DNA of 64,000 nucleotides from Catajapyx aquilonaris (Eukaryota). The position numbers and the translations under genes are program-made. The stretch lies in NCBI GenBank assembly GCA_000934665.2, contig KZ538132.1, forward strand, positions 1 through 64,000, given 5' to 3'. A model generated the notes under the pieces. That model searched no databases, was not told where the DNA came from, and worked only from the letters and a program-made list of their open reading frames with translations. Positions 13,201-28,200 of this stretch are shown here, in pieces (the stretch's first letter is position 1; each line of letters begins with the position of its first letter).

Positions 13201-16200
13201 TCCCACCACTCCACTTTTTGGGGGTGGGTGAACTACACTGAGGTTGGGCAAGTATACCACAATTCTTGTCCAATGGGCATTTTGTGGTCGTTTTGGAAAA
13301 TTACCCCCATGGAGAGAAAAAACTAAATGTCAACCAAATTCAAACATATGTAGATAAGACCATCCAACAGGATTTTGCAAGCTTACAAAAACATGTGATC
13401 TTACAGGAATTTCTCCACGACTTCTTTTGAGGGGCATAACTATATTACTGCAAACCATCCCCTCCACTTGGTACGAACCTTTGTAGCATTATGAATTCAA
13501 CACGTGGTCATAGAGGTACATGGCTGTTCTGGTTCAAGATTCCAAAATTATCTCATCCTAATTACTGAGGTACCATAATAAATCATAATAATAATAATAA
13601 TAATTTGATACCCCATTATCAGCCTACGGGCTTTCCTAGGGGGGGATTTCTCCCAATTTTTTGTCCGGAACTCTTCCAATTTTTACTATTTTTCTCATCA
13701 CCGGAATGAAGCAGGGAAAGGGAAGGAAGGAGGCGGCTGTGGCCTATATTACGGTAACGACCCCGGAATTATCCTGCAAGGACCATGGGAAACCACAGAA
13801 AACCATGGTCAGGGTCGCCGGCCTCCGGGATTCGAACCCAGGACCTCCCGATTAGCAGTCGGACACCATACCACTACACCGCTACTGCTTCGGTTACCAT
13901 AATAAATCATGATGCAACTAGATATCCCTAACTCACCTTGTGTATTTGTGTCAGGTACTTCAAAGGATCAAATGGTTTGATCCTTGGCTGGTTGGACTTT
14001 GTGGGTAATAGATGAGGAGACTCCATCACCATTTTTGGGTTGACCAACTTCTCCAAGAGCATTAGCCAAGCATCCAAGAATTCACCTGTGCCATCAGGAA
14101 GATCCATGTGCTCCAAGCCTTCCTCCAGGGGAACCTTCTTTCCACAGGACAATGCCCAACGAAAAGCCCTGCCAAGGTTAAAATGTTATGATATTAGTAG
14201 TACAATAGTCTAATAATAAATCCAGTGCCCCATTGGAATTTAAAGATGAATTACTCCTAGATAATTTGTACTGACACCCAGAACAAAACATGAACAGATA
14301 ATTGAAGCAAAACTCACTCAAAGAATGCCTTTTGTCCACCAGCCTGGACAAACTTCTGAAGCATCAGATGGTAAGGATGCTTCTTTTCATCAAACAGCAT
14401 TGGTGAGGTGAACCCCACAGAGCAGATGAAGAAGGTCAACCTATTTTAAATTAAAAGAGGAACTCTTGTACAATGTGAAACAAAAATGACAAGCAGGCAT
14501 CACTGTAAAACTGCTTGCCTGAATTTTGGGATTGGTGACGTGGCAGGTGGCTCCCAAGACAGCCCACTTGCAAGGAGGCCAGTTAGTGCTGTGGCTACTG
14601 CCCTTGCAGCTGGTGGCGGCTGAGCAGGAGTGGTGGGCATCTGATGGCCCCTCCTCTGACGTAAAGGTGATCCCACACATAGCTGTAAGCACACACCAGA
14701 GCCACTGCATTATAGAGCTTTTTCTATCACTCCCTCAACACAGAGTTGCAATATTCCCACAAAATGATTACAATCAAAAGGGGAGGTGTGGTGGCCGTGA
14801 TGGTAACGTCACGGCTTGCTGTGTGAAAGGCCCCAGGTTCGATCCCCGCCTGGGGAACTTTCCTTTCACCTGCGTCAGGAGGGTCTCTGACCTGCACCAA
14901 GGAGGTGTCTGGCAACCTAACCTCCTGGGGAACAGCACATGACCCGTTTGCAGACGTGCACCTTGCACCCATGTTCCCTCCCCAAAAAATTCCCTATCCC
15001 TTCCCCATGTCCTTTCATCCTTGCACCGGAGTGAAGAAGAAAAAAAATAGAAAATTGAAGCAAATGGTGGTATCCCACCCCCCTAAAAGGGCCCATGGCC
15101 CTAGCACGGGGTAACGTTTAAAATATAATTTTAAAAAATTACAATCAAAACACCTTATTACACAATGTTATGGATTAGTACTTGGTATAACAGTAATATC
15201 ACAGGCCTAGTATATAAAACTTTATTAGGAGTGGTCAAAGTATCAATAAATCCCACTGTTAAAAAATATCTACTATGTAGCTCTGCAACCAGTAGCAACA
15301 TTTTTTTTTTTTTGCATTGTTCTTGAATTTGGTCATGATCACAATCATCTCTTTAAAGGTAGAGGTTGGTATTTCAGCAATTTGGGACAAAAGAATAACT
15401 GATAATGTATGCTTTCATTCTTTAAGAGTATCTAGTTAAACATTGTAAATAAACGTGTACGTACCTTGACCAAGAGGCCAAACATTTCAGCAAGGGCACG
15501 TCCCAACCTTGAAGAAGCACTAAGAAGGGGCTTGATCTGCTTAATTTGGTGCTGTAGTGCAGGGCTCAACTTCTCGAGCTTTTTCTCAGCTGGGGTAGTG
15601 GCAGTGGAAGCCGAGGCTGAGCTACCATTGGCTGCTCCATCCAAGTCAACCTCCATGCTTACAGGCCTCTCTCCTCCAGCAGTCTCCATAGGACTTGAAT
15701 CATTGTTGGGTGATGTCTCCAGTTTGGGCTGAGATGTGCTTGCTTCGTTCTCCTGATGTTAAAACGAGTTTTTAGTGACAGATCTATTACCACTCTATGA
15801 TTGTTTCATATGACTATGAATTCAGGCAAGGAGAATTAGTTACCTACATGAAATTATTCTTCTTTTAAAATTCTACCCTGTCCCATATGCAATGACGAGA
15901 CAAGCTTACGTCATTTTTTAAGTACATATTTTTAAAATGCAACAGTTCTTTTTCAAGGTATCATGACCTCACCTTGAAGTCAGACTGCAGAAGCTTCTCC
16001 ATGTCTGCCTTTCCAAACTGGCAACCAGGTGGAAGTGCATCCTCACTGCACAAGGCCAGTAGCACTGTGCTCTCCCACACCAGCGAGGTGTACAATTGGG
16101 ACAATCCCCTCAAGACATTCAAACCAAGTTCCGATCCCCAATGGCTCACAGCAATAGTGCGTATGTCGCTCTAGAGTTGGGAGAGAAAAAAAGAGTTATG

Positions 16201-19200
16201 TTTCTCTTACACAACGCATGTGCTGCATTCCTCCAAAATTCCACCCAGAAAGAAAAAATATCGTCTTTTTGGATGTGGTATGAAGAGAAAAAAAGGAGGA
16301 CACATCAAAAAACGGTTCCGTACTCTCCTTCCTACCTGCCCGGTCCGGCACACATGAACAAACATCTGGATGTAGGCGTGGGCTGCTGACATGGAATGCA
16401 GGAGTGGGGTGGAGGTTGGATTGTTGGTGGCGTCCGACAAGCTCGGTGATGATGCCAGTTCGTGAAGCAGAACACTCCCTCCTGGAGGTTCCAATGGGTG
16501 ATGGAGAGGCTCCAGGGAACGAAGCACTTCATTCAAGTGGAGCAACCCTTGCTTCATCACCAAAGGCTCATGTGCTAAGTTCTGTGAAGGACCACAAGTA
16601 AATTAGGCAAGTCTTGGCAAAATATCCTACCCCTTATATCAAGTAAGTTCAATATTATGCATTGCCTCTAAAAACCAATGAGTGGATTTTAAGAAGCTTG
16701 AGACAAATATCTCGACATGAATTTAAAAGTGATTAAAAGCTTGCTTGAAAGCTGTGGTAACTCAGTTGCTTCAAGCCTTAAATCAGCATTCCACAACACA
16801 CTGTAGGCCTACTCCCGATAATCCGGGTCAGGATTACATATCCGTGCATAGCGCAATTCTTTTTTCAAAAATCAAGTCCTAAAAAATGTGTTTGATCATG
16901 GTCTTAGAATACTAAGGTCTGGTCACTCCCTCTTATCGCCTGCCAGGGCATTTTGCATGAGATGCTCACTTGAGAGCGCCATGAGACAGCTTTCACTGCT
17001 ACATTATGTGGCGACCCTGCCGGACTTCGGTAGAAGGGAAGCCGTTACATGCGGGCCCAAGATGGCCGCCGGCGACCATGTTGGGTCCCCCAATGTAGTG
17101 CTTCCCTTTCGTACCTATAAAGTTCAGCGCGGTCCGGTAGGGTCGCCACATAATGTAGCAGTGAAAGGTCTCATGGCGGTCTCAAGTGAGCACCTCATGC
17201 AAAACGCCCCGGCAGGCGATAAGATAAGATTGTAGGGGTAGTGTCCGGGAGCTGTGTTGGATATTAGTCCTACACTTCATGCCAACCCTGGTGCTGCTGC
17301 TAAGTTAGCAGTAACTAGCAGTGGCACGAAAATTCCACTGACTGTCAATATGTTGCGCCAACAAAGACAAAGTAAAAATCTATGGTAAATTTCATTATTT
17401 TGATTCAACCAAGCAGCATACTCTATGCAGTGCATCTCAGTAGTGCATTAAAAACCTTTGAATTGCTCTTTTCTTTACGATGTTTAGAACAATTATCTGG
17501 CAACGCCCGTGCAGTCATTAGCCAGGATAATCAGGAGCACAGTGTACAAGAATGTTTTGTCTCATAGCTAATAGCAACTATTTTTAAGCTGTAGCTTTTT
17601 AATATGATCTATGCTTATTATTATTCCACCCCGACATGAACAGTAATAAACCATAAACCCTCCACTCCCACTTACAAAGTACCTAAGGGGGAAGCAAAGC
17701 TTGTGTAGCATGCAAATGATGCTTTTATTCTTCCCAGATTTTAATAATTTCAAAATATGTGCCACACTTGATCTAGCAAAAAACCTTTAGTGAGTACTAC
17801 CACCCAGCTACTTTCACACTTGCACGTGATAATAAGCATCAGTAAATATAAATCAAACTCACCAGTATGGACTTGGATACAGCACATACAGCTTGGCAGG
17901 CAGGTGTGCTGGGGAAGTCAATGGGCAGGTTGGGCAAACCGAGGATACCCATGAGGGGAATGAGACCCTTCTGAGTCACAAACTCCCTGCAGTGGTCATC
18001 TGTTGAATTATTACTCAAGATGGCATCCACAAACTTCATCACATTGAGGATGTAGTCCACCAGTGGGATTGGGGTCTTCTCCTGTGTAGACGAGGATGCT
18101 GCAGCTGCCATCAAACCTCCCGCCGAGTCATTACCACCAGCCTCTTCGTCCTTGCCATTTGCAACCTGACTTGCTGGATGTGAAGCTGTTGATGCCTCTT
18201 CCTCCTCTTCCTCCTCTTCATCACTACTTGTACCCTCATTTGCATTGCCTTGGTGGTGGTGGTGATGGTGTGGTGCAACACCAGACTGTTGTCCAGTACC
18301 ACCTCCCCCACTGCCATTGGCTGTCACGTCACCAGCCTTGGTTTGTGGGCGCCAACACACATAGCTAGGATCACGCCCAAGGACACACAACTCCTCAAGC
18401 AACTTGATGATTGCTGCTGTTGCATCAACCTTCAGTGATGGCTGGTGCCTCATTAATTCATCCATTGCATTGCCCAAATTGGAAGCAGTATCTCCCATAG
18501 GATCCTGTGACCGTCGTCGACGCATTGCTGGGAGGTAATCGGGGGAAAGGAGCACCTTGAAGAGACGCTCGAAGGGTTTACACTGAACAAACGCATTTAG
18601 CCCACGTGTATTCAAGCAGAGAGCAGAGAACACATTAGGGAGGGAGCCCAGCACCTCACGGGTTGCTGGAACATCTTTAACCAAGAGCGCATGCAGCACT
18701 ACATCTGTGAGTCCATTGTCCTGCAGTGAGGACAGGAGAGATGGTTCCTGGAACACATACACAGTGACCACATCCGTTGCCAAAAGGAAGAGGGATGGAC
18801 CATAGTATTCAGCATTACTGATCACATGCTTCAGAGAAGAGGGGAGAGAGCCCTCCATCACATGCCGGATGCTGTCTGAGAAGGCTGGGTCCTGGATTGC
18901 CTTCTTAAGGAAGTTGAGCATTGATTTCAGTAGTGCAGCCCTTTGTGGGAGACATGTCAGACCAGTTTTTGCCTCAGTATAGTCTTGCAGTGGTAGTGGT
19001 TCTTCCTTTTTTTCCTCCCCGGAAGTCGATGGGGTGGCATCAACATCCATCGGTGCAGATGGTGCAGGTGCCTCCTCACCGTCACGTGATGGTGTCACCT
19101 CCCTTGAACCACTGCCTTCGGATGACTCGGATGGTGCAACAGCTCGATGCTGTGACGGTGGGTGTATCTCAAACGGCTGCTCCTTTCGGCACGCACTAAC

Positions 19201-22200
19201 TTCCACCTCAAGCCGATTGATGAACGACCCCAGCCCTGTGTGGGTCTGGAATGCTTGCATGTCCAAATTGGTGATCAAGTCTATCACACGCACAGCTCGT
19301 GTCACAAACGTAATATGTTCAAGTTCAGTGCCAGGCCAGTTTATAACACGAAGGAGTGACTCCATCATTCCACAGCTGACCAATGCCTCCCCTCCAGCCT
19401 CATAGCTTGCAAGGTGATAGAGGAAGCTGAACAGGGCAGTTGCCAGAGGCAAGGGAAAGGGTGTATGTGGCTGTGATGTAGATGCTGCCTCTGATGATGA
19501 CGAGGTCGTTAGTGAAGATATGCACATTCGCACCATTACTGGCAGGAACCCGTGATAAGATGATGCTCCTGTCACATCTATTATAGTATGAAGCTTTGGG
19601 AAATTGGGACTCCGTTCCAAGTGGATTATAGAGGTTAGGGTCCTGAGTGCTGCAGCTTTGATGTCCATCAAATGAGGTTTGTCTAGCCCATCGAGTTCAA
19701 GCACATCAACCAGCTCCTCCAGGATACCCACATACAGCAATGTGTGGGCATTCTCCTGAAGAGCATTGGAATAAACCAAGACAGAGAGAGCCTGAAGGCG
19801 GGCTTGTACACATTGGAGACGGCGTCGATAGTCAGGGAAAGAACTAGCTAGGCGGAGGTGGGTGAACAGCTGCATCTGCTTTTCTGGCGGCACATTATAG
19901 GAGTGTATCAGCTCTTCTGTCACTTGGGCTGGCGAACGATTCAGACGATCAACAGACTCCATATGGATGCAAGTCACAACATTAGCTGATCCTTTCCCCT
20001 TGGCAGTAGGGGTTGCAGATGGGTTTGATGATGTGCCCTCTGGCATCTCAGTGTAAAATTCAAAGTGAAGTGTGGTTGCACTCGCAGGGAAAGACTGCAA
20101 TTGAAAAAAATCGGGGAAAATGTTTTCAGAATGTATTCAAATAATTAGAAAAATTTACATTATGTGACCACTCTTCTCTAATATCACGGAACGAAAGAAT
20201 AATCAGAAGCCAAAACAAATTTAGGAAAATTGAACATTACACAGTATACCTGACTCACAACTCATGCTAATAGCCTTCTTCAAATGAGCAGTTGCAGCTC
20301 ACAAAACTGAGAACAATCTCAGAAGTAAAAAGACACATTTAATCTAACATTCTGTGCAACTTAAATATCCAGCTTCAGAGGCCCATTTAAAATCAATATA
20401 TGTGATCCAGAACACTAAATATTACCATATATAATATTACCAAACTTCTTTGTGGTTCTCAGAGAGGCCAGGTTTGAATGGGCTTGTAAGCCACAACAGT
20501 ACCATCAAAACACACTCAAGCAATGCCACATTATGACTAGAACTTTGTCCCAGTTGGAAAAGTTCTCACCAGAATGTTTCAGGGCCAGACACTAGGTGCA
20601 TTAACGGTTTTATTTAACACCAGGGGAACGGATGGCCACATCTGAGTCTGGCAGTGGGAGGATGAGGTCAAGATGTTGTGCAGCAAGTTTAAGAGGCACT
20701 CCTTTACACTCGACAAAAAGGTCAAAATCATTATTTTCTTGGTATATTGGTACGTAGACGGTACAAGAGAATTTCAGAACTTTCTGGACCTGCGTAATTG
20801 ATGGGCGAGCAAATTTGCATTTTTGTGGATAGTTTCATTAATCAGAACACAGTAGCTTGCATTAAAGGCATTCGGGAGGCAGAAAACTGTGTGTATTCAT
20901 TGTAGAAGTGGCAAATTGGATATAGAAAACATCAGCTATAGGATACTAATATCCACAGTCCCTTTCAGTTTCTTACATCTTGAGTCAACTGTACCTACAA
21001 AACAATGTGCAGATAATAGCGCCCCTTCAATTTGATTTTCATATTATGCTAGTGTTGCTCTTGAGAATAAAACTTGTGAAAATGTGGTCCTAGCCTTGGC
21101 CTGGGATTTGGGTAATTTGTACATGAATAGCTCAACCATACATATAAACATGTATTACACCACTTTTCGGAACCAATATGTCATTACTCGATAAATTATC
21201 GGGGGTTTAAAAGTCACCCCCAAATTGGCAGGGAAAACACAGGCATGGCCTAAAAGCGCATTCCCACTCCTGCCTAACCAGGCTGACAACAGTGATGTCA
21301 GCAGGCCATTGCCTCCCGGTCGTTCGATTCGGCTTATTTACTGTCGGTCCCGTTCGATTCAGCTTTACTGGTGGTCGTTCGATTCCGTTGTTAGGCAACG
21401 AACCAAGGAACAAAGCAGCCGGTTACATTCCGTACTCGCCAACATGAACGTCGACTTAGGGAGACTGAAAATGCATTGATATCCCACTGTAAGGCCCTGC
21501 CAGCACTTCGCGTATGGAGAACTTCGAGTTAGGGAAGTTTATTTCCTATTCTTTTACATTTTGACCAACCAAGCTCATAACTTTCTTCAACTTACGGACG
21601 TTCGACTTATAGAAGTTTTACTGTATGTATTTCTTCATATAAAAAGCACCAAAATTCATTTAAAATATGGACAATTTTTACATTGCATTGGTTTGAAAAA
21701 TGTAGGCTGGGACCCCATTATGACTATGAGTGAGCATTTATTTTTGTTAAGCAAATTAATCTTCAATAACCTCTTCTGAGAAACAATGCCAACTCCTGCG
21801 TAAAATATGTGGGTTGAATCATAAGTCATTGCGTGTATATATTGATTTAAAAACGGTATGGTAACACATACAGAGAAGATCTTCGCTGCGTTTTGAAGCT
21901 CCTGCGATTACAATTGGATCTGGAATATAGATGTTGCCCATATTGCAAGAGGAGCGGGGGGAAATGGAGGAGTGTGACACCCCCNCCCCCCCCCCCCCAC
22001 CACCACCACCACCACCGCCGCCGCCGCCGCCTTAAGGCTATTTTCACATGAGGCCACCATGGCAGCGGCTGCCAGGTCTTTGCATTGCTGCAAGTGGAGC
22101 CTTCCACACGTGGTGGTTGGCAGCGCTGCCCACGCGCCACCAGAAATGCTGGTGGCAGGCAAGGCGATTTTCGGCGCTGCCAGCCTCTGCCAGCTGGCTT

Positions 22201-25200
22201 CTACGCCACGTGTTGGCATTGAATCGTATGAAGCCTTCACACGAGATGCGACTTTCCTGCGGTCAGCATTGCTGCCTAATTTATGCGGCAGCACTGCCAT
22301 GGTGGCCTCGTGCGAAAATAGCCGAAGACGGGCCCAGCCTGACGCGCTTGGAACTGTTGCAGGAAACTCGGAGATCAACAACACAGGAGCTCGATTCTGA
22401 GTGTGTGACACATTTAGAGCACTATGCTTAGGACTCTGAAAGACTGAAAGGTCTCAGGAAGTTGGTGTCCTCACTGGTTCCTCACCATTTCTCCAAGGAG
22501 CAAAAGTGGCGCTGCTTTGCCCTCGCATAAAAAACATTTGGAACTAACACATTGAGGGTGATGGTTTTCTTAAATGAATTGTGAATATGGCGGACACATG
22601 GCTATGGTCATAGTGGTCTGACTAGTCCCATATTTGAAAGCAAGCTCCAGTGTTGTCTCTCGCCAAGTGTCCTGCAACATGTCCAATGTCCAACAGCTCC
22701 AAGTGCGTCAGCCTGGGGCCGTCTTGGGGCGATGGTGCTGTGGGTGGTCGCGATCCTCTTTTGTGTCCTGGCCCCCCTTGCGATATGGGCGACATCTAGA
22801 TACCCAATCAAATTATAATCGTCTGAGCTTCAAAACTTAGCACAGATCATCTCTGTATGTGTTGCCGTTTTCTAATAAAAAAAATACACGCCATGACTTT
22901 TGAAGCAACCCACGTTCCAAAACAGGCCTTGTAACTGATATTGGCTGCAAATAGAAATCTGGCTCTTTGAATTAGATAATCTGCAGCAAGATAGATCAAG
23001 GCAAGGCTCTCGCCAACACAGTGTTGCTCATTCCACCCTGCAAGTGCACAGCACTGGATTTATATCATACTCAAGGCTGGAAGTGGTCTGGCCCTTTAAA
23101 AATATAGAATTTAGGGGCTGCTTTTGCTCCCTCTCCAGGAAGATGGAGAGGGGGCATGGCCTCTACCCGAGCGTTTTTGGTGCCTCTCCAGAGTTGGAGA
23201 GGGGGGAAAAGGGGGGTGAAGTGGGCGGAGCTCTCCACAAAATCCCCAAAAGTGTCTTCTCTCCTCGGAGGTGGAAGAGACTTTCTGGAGAGGGGGCTGA
23301 AGCGGAGGGAGGGCGGGAAGCGGGTGAAGGTTTACGAATTAAACGTCACCAAGGAATTGGTTGCGGAATTAAATTTCCTTGGGCCCAGGGTCCTCACCTC
23401 GCGCTCTTCTCAACTGTTTTGAGTGCCTTCTTCCCTAGCTACACCATTCCGTCCGTTTTTGGGTTTAATAGTGGAGAGGGGGGATGTGGGGGATATTCCG
23501 GAAGCCCCGCCCTCTTCCACCTCTCCTCTCCATCTTCCTGGAGAGGGACCAAAAACAGGCCCTTAATGACCTGGCACTCAAATGAAGGAGAAAGCACCTA
23601 TGAAATTAGTTTTCCTCAAATATGTAACCAGAAAACGGGTGTGGCCAAGGGGTTAGCAACTCCCTGGAACTGGTGTACACCCTGGCCAAGGAACCAGGTG
23701 GAACTGGCTTGGAACCAGCCGGGAACCGGGTGGAACCTACCGGTTCCAGGATCTGGTGTACACTTTTTTGGGGAGTTGCTAACCCCTTGGGTGTGGCCGA
23801 GGGGTTAGCAACTCCCTGGAACAGGTGTACCCCTGACCAAGGAACCAGGTGGAACCGGCTTGGAACCAGCCTGGAACCGGGTGGAACCTCCCGGTTTCAG
23901 GATCTGGGGTACACTTTTTTGGGGGAGTTGCTAACCCCTTGGGTGTTGCATTTCATTGGTCACTAGCTCAGTCACATGTCCAAGAATTTTGAGCCCAACA
24001 ATACAGGGTGAACCAACTTCAAGTGTCGTTTTATAACGGCGATTAATAGCAGTGATTTTGCGATGACGTAGCAGCGACGTGTAAAATGTCCCACTTCGGT
24101 GCCATCGAAAATATTAGCTGCCAATAGCAGCACACATGTAATCAACCCTGCTGCTCGGTTGACCTGGAAAAAAGGAGGTGCACACACGGCCTGCGATGCG
24201 TCTGAGTGAAATGGGTGATGCCTAAGGCACCAGATTGGCATTGGTGCCGCATGTGGTTGCACAGGGTTCATTACATGTGTGCTGCTATTGGCAGCTAATA
24301 TTTTCGATGGCGCCAAAGTGGGCCACTTTACACGTGGCTGCTACGTCAATCGTAAAGCGCGTTATAAAACGACACTTGAAGTTGGTCCACCCTGTATTAG
24401 TGATGTATTTGAATAACAGCCGCCATATTTGGTGAAAAGCGTTGTGACCCACGCAAGGTTTAATATGTTCACTTTGAAGCCTGGTTCATGCATGGCTCAT
24501 GAGAAAATATTAGAGATGTTTCGCAGATATACCATTAATTTTCAAGGACCCAAATTCTTGGACACGTGGCATATGGAATACCACACATATTATTCTGGTC
24601 ATACCTTAGAGCAAAACTAATTGCATAGGCTCATCCTGCTCGTCTTCCTCTTTCTTTTGATGATGCGCTTATTGGAGTTTGACCACTTCCACTAACCGAA
24701 AATAAATATGCAAAGAAGACCTCATTTTTAGCCCTTTCCAAATTTTGTCGATTTTCCCCCTCCCAACTGTATTGCGTAATATGGATGAAACTGGATATGC
24801 AGGGTTATGGTATTATTAGGTGTGTACTGTGGTGATTTTCATCACCAAATTCAGAGATGGTATAGCAACATTTCGGTCCACTTGATCTCGAGAAATTTGG
24901 ATTTTTGACTGCCCTGAATCAAAAACAAATTTCAGGCAAAATGTACGGTTAGTATGAGTTATGCGTGACCTATAGCACAGAAAAAATATAGAAATAGCCA
25001 CTAATTCCCCTGGACAAATATCGTGTTATTTAGTATTTAAAAAAAGACAAGTTATCATTCTTTGCTGTACAACAGAAGTTCACTTCTCAGAATCTTTAAA
25101 TTTAATGACTTTTAATGACTTGGCCAATAAATAATGACTTTTACGGAAACTAATGCCCCACTTCCAGCCAAACTGCATAGTTAGCTGCTTTTGGTTCCTT

Positions 25201-28200
25201 GATCAAATAAAATTTGCCAACATATTAGGCCATTTGCTTCAGTTATTGTTTGCTTGATGAGCACAGTGAAGGGTTGTGTCAACTGCCAACACGTCACCAA
25301 TCCCAACTAATTGATTACCCATACAAAGGAAATTGTGTGGCTTATTTTTTGTCTGCCACATGCTCCCAGGACACTGAAAGATGGTGTAAGTCATCATGAT
25401 GGCATGCAAAGTGATTGTCTAGGTGGCATGTCCTGTGACCTACACATACCTCTGAGGCTGTAATGTACAGGGAACATACAGTATACTGATAATAAGCAAA
25501 ATGTGTTCCTAGAGTGAGGGTTGTTTTTTAGCTACTATTGCTCTGAAGTTATTTTTGTGTAGTTTGTTGCACCCCAACATACCTGGTATACACTATAATT
25601 ATTACATATTAACATTTCACGAGGGAGGCAAAGTGGCGCTGCAGTAACGGATGTTAAGGTCCCTGGATCAAATTCCACCTGCAGTCTCCCGCTTCATCTT
25701 GTGCAGAGTTTAAGGCCATCTCTGGCTTTGTCTCAGGTGGTATTTCCAATAGACTAAACCAGCCGGAGGAGCTCACAAAATGACCTTAGCAACTGTACTG
25801 AACTGCACTTTGCACATCACCTCCTGTCACCCTCCCTTTCGCTCGCGGTACCCGGGCGTTACGGCAAAAGGACCAACCTGTACTAGCTAGTACTCCAGAA
25901 GCAAATAAAGGTTCTGTGCCAGATGCTCAATGGGCGGTGCACTAAACCCAATATTATTACATTATATTAACATTTCACAGAATGTTGCCCTGTGTCTGTA
26001 CTACAACCACGACAAAACATCTACGATGCAAAGACTGTGGTGTGACTGCACACTGCAATTAAGTCTTTATTTCATTACACCCTGCCATCATTCATGGTAA
26101 CTGTGGCAATATCTGCCAGGCCTGACACCTTATGTCACTCGACCTTCTCATCCGTTCAAACCCCTCGTGGCTTCAGGAAAGTGAGCACTTTTCCTAGAAG
26201 ATGGTGGCACTTCACCAAAGTAATTATTCCTACATGGACATAGTCAGCAAAGCAATGCCCATGTATTTTGACTATTAAATGTTGCAATTCAACACGCTTC
26301 TTGCAGCACATGGAGTGATACAACTCCCCAGTATGAATAATACGTACAAGCATCACTGGCAACAGATATGATCAGAAGTACTGGAATGCCAGCTACTTTA
26401 AGGCCTACTTGGTCATGGCTTCAGCTACTCTCCTGCCCCTCTCCTGCCTCCAATCACTCACAGCTTTACTTACAACCTCATCAACACACTTTCCCATGAA
26501 AGCTGATACGCTTCTTGTTCAGATTATCTATTTCCATAACTTACGGTATTTGCATCCTTACAGTTTTGTCATTGAATACTATCACAAATTCATGACTAAT
26601 TATTAGCTACAACAGATTTAGCTTACAGTGGATGAGTCGGTTTCAAATCAATTCGCAACTTGCACTTATTACACTACACACACGTCCTTCCTTTGAGAAG
26701 CACACATGATCTATGCAAACTTCACATAAAGATACATTACCGTGATTGGAAGGTCTCTGCAACAGTCAGCTAGGCCAAATCCATTCTCCCTTCCACCCCA
26801 GCTCTCGGCCAGGTAGGTCAGGCGACCCAGAAGAGTCTGCCTCTTCTCTGCACTCAGACGGGTGATGAAATTGCTCCGCTTGCTGAACATGTACAGGAGG
26901 TTCAGAACGCCTAACACCACACTCATATCCGAGGATGACAGCAAGGTGGTCAGGTGCTCCATAGAGTTGTACAAGTGCCGGGAGAATGAGTGCTCTATCA
27001 GCAGGGTGGTGAAGTGCAGGGTCCATAGTAGCAAGTCTTTCAGCTGTAAACAAAAAAACAACATTGATCAGAATGTACATAACCAAAATACCAGCAAAAA
27101 ATCTGTAAAATAAATAAATAAATTGCAATGGATAATGTCACCTCATCCTTAGAGGTCATGTAAAAGTGAAAACACACCTGCTTGTTCCTCTGTGCATCAC
27201 ATGCAAGAACCCAACTCTTCTCACTCTCCTTCTTCACAGCCTTCTCTAGGACCGAATCACAAATATCCAGCACATCGATCCAATGATACAGCTCACATTT
27301 TCCGTACGTCCAAGTCTCAATTTTTTTCAATTCAAATAGCAGTTCCTCTTCACTGCTGTTCTTGAGGCGCTCAATGAGACCTTTGCAGTCTGGCGGCTGC
27401 AGGAAGAGAAAAAAGTAATGACTTAAAAGCCTGTACAGAACACTACGTATGTAATGCATAAGAAACTAAGTTAACTGTTAAAATAACATGTAATCTGTTA
27501 TTACTATCATGCTCGCTTGCAGTACAGATGACACTTGTACAATGTGTGCTCAAGTGAGAAATGCGTGTCGCAATCTTCTGTACACAAATTCCATGAAATA
27601 CTGAATTTGGCACAATGCAAGATCCTTCAGAACGCTACTGATTCCTTTTCACCAGCGCAAGGTATCTGAGGTGTCAATGTAGAAATTCTCCCCTCCAAAG
27701 ATATGGCTTCTCAAAAGTAAACAAACTAACAATGGGGACGGAAACACTTGCCCTAGATACCACTATAAACAAGTCACATTTTTCTCTTTTTTTTTGGGGG
27801 GGGGGGGAGGGAGGGAGAGGATGCCAGAGCAGGAGAGGATTCACGTGAAAACAATCCTGGCAGAGACGCGAGAGGAACAAAGAAATTCAACACAGCGTAA
27901 GAAATAATGTGAATTTGGATTCTGCTATCGTCTGTCTTGCCCCAGGAGTTACTGATTAGTGCAGCTCAAGAGTTGAGCAGGCCCAGGGAGTCGGGTAGCC
28001 AAAACAATTAAGGAGGCACAATACACCGTTCAAGGCTGCTTGAAACAATTTGGATCAGACACTTCCATGTTGTTGTTGTTAATCGTGTTGTCAGCTCTTC
28101 TCTCCAGCTCTACCACACCCCAAAGCTGGGGAAGCTAGAGAGATATGACTCCAAACAATAGAACACTAAAAATGGAGCCCCAGTACTTTGCATTGCAACA

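Noticed and set aside
13805..13894. tRNA-like sequences here and at 14785-14860
   Set aside because: No proper acceptor stem; embedded in TSD-flanked SINE bodies
23044..23808. 254-aa ORF
   Set aside because: Runs through a GC-rich MITE and a tandem repeat; no protein features
23637..23946. CRISPR-like repeat/spacer appearance
   Set aside because: The intervening segments are copies of each other, the context is eukaryotic and there are no cas genes
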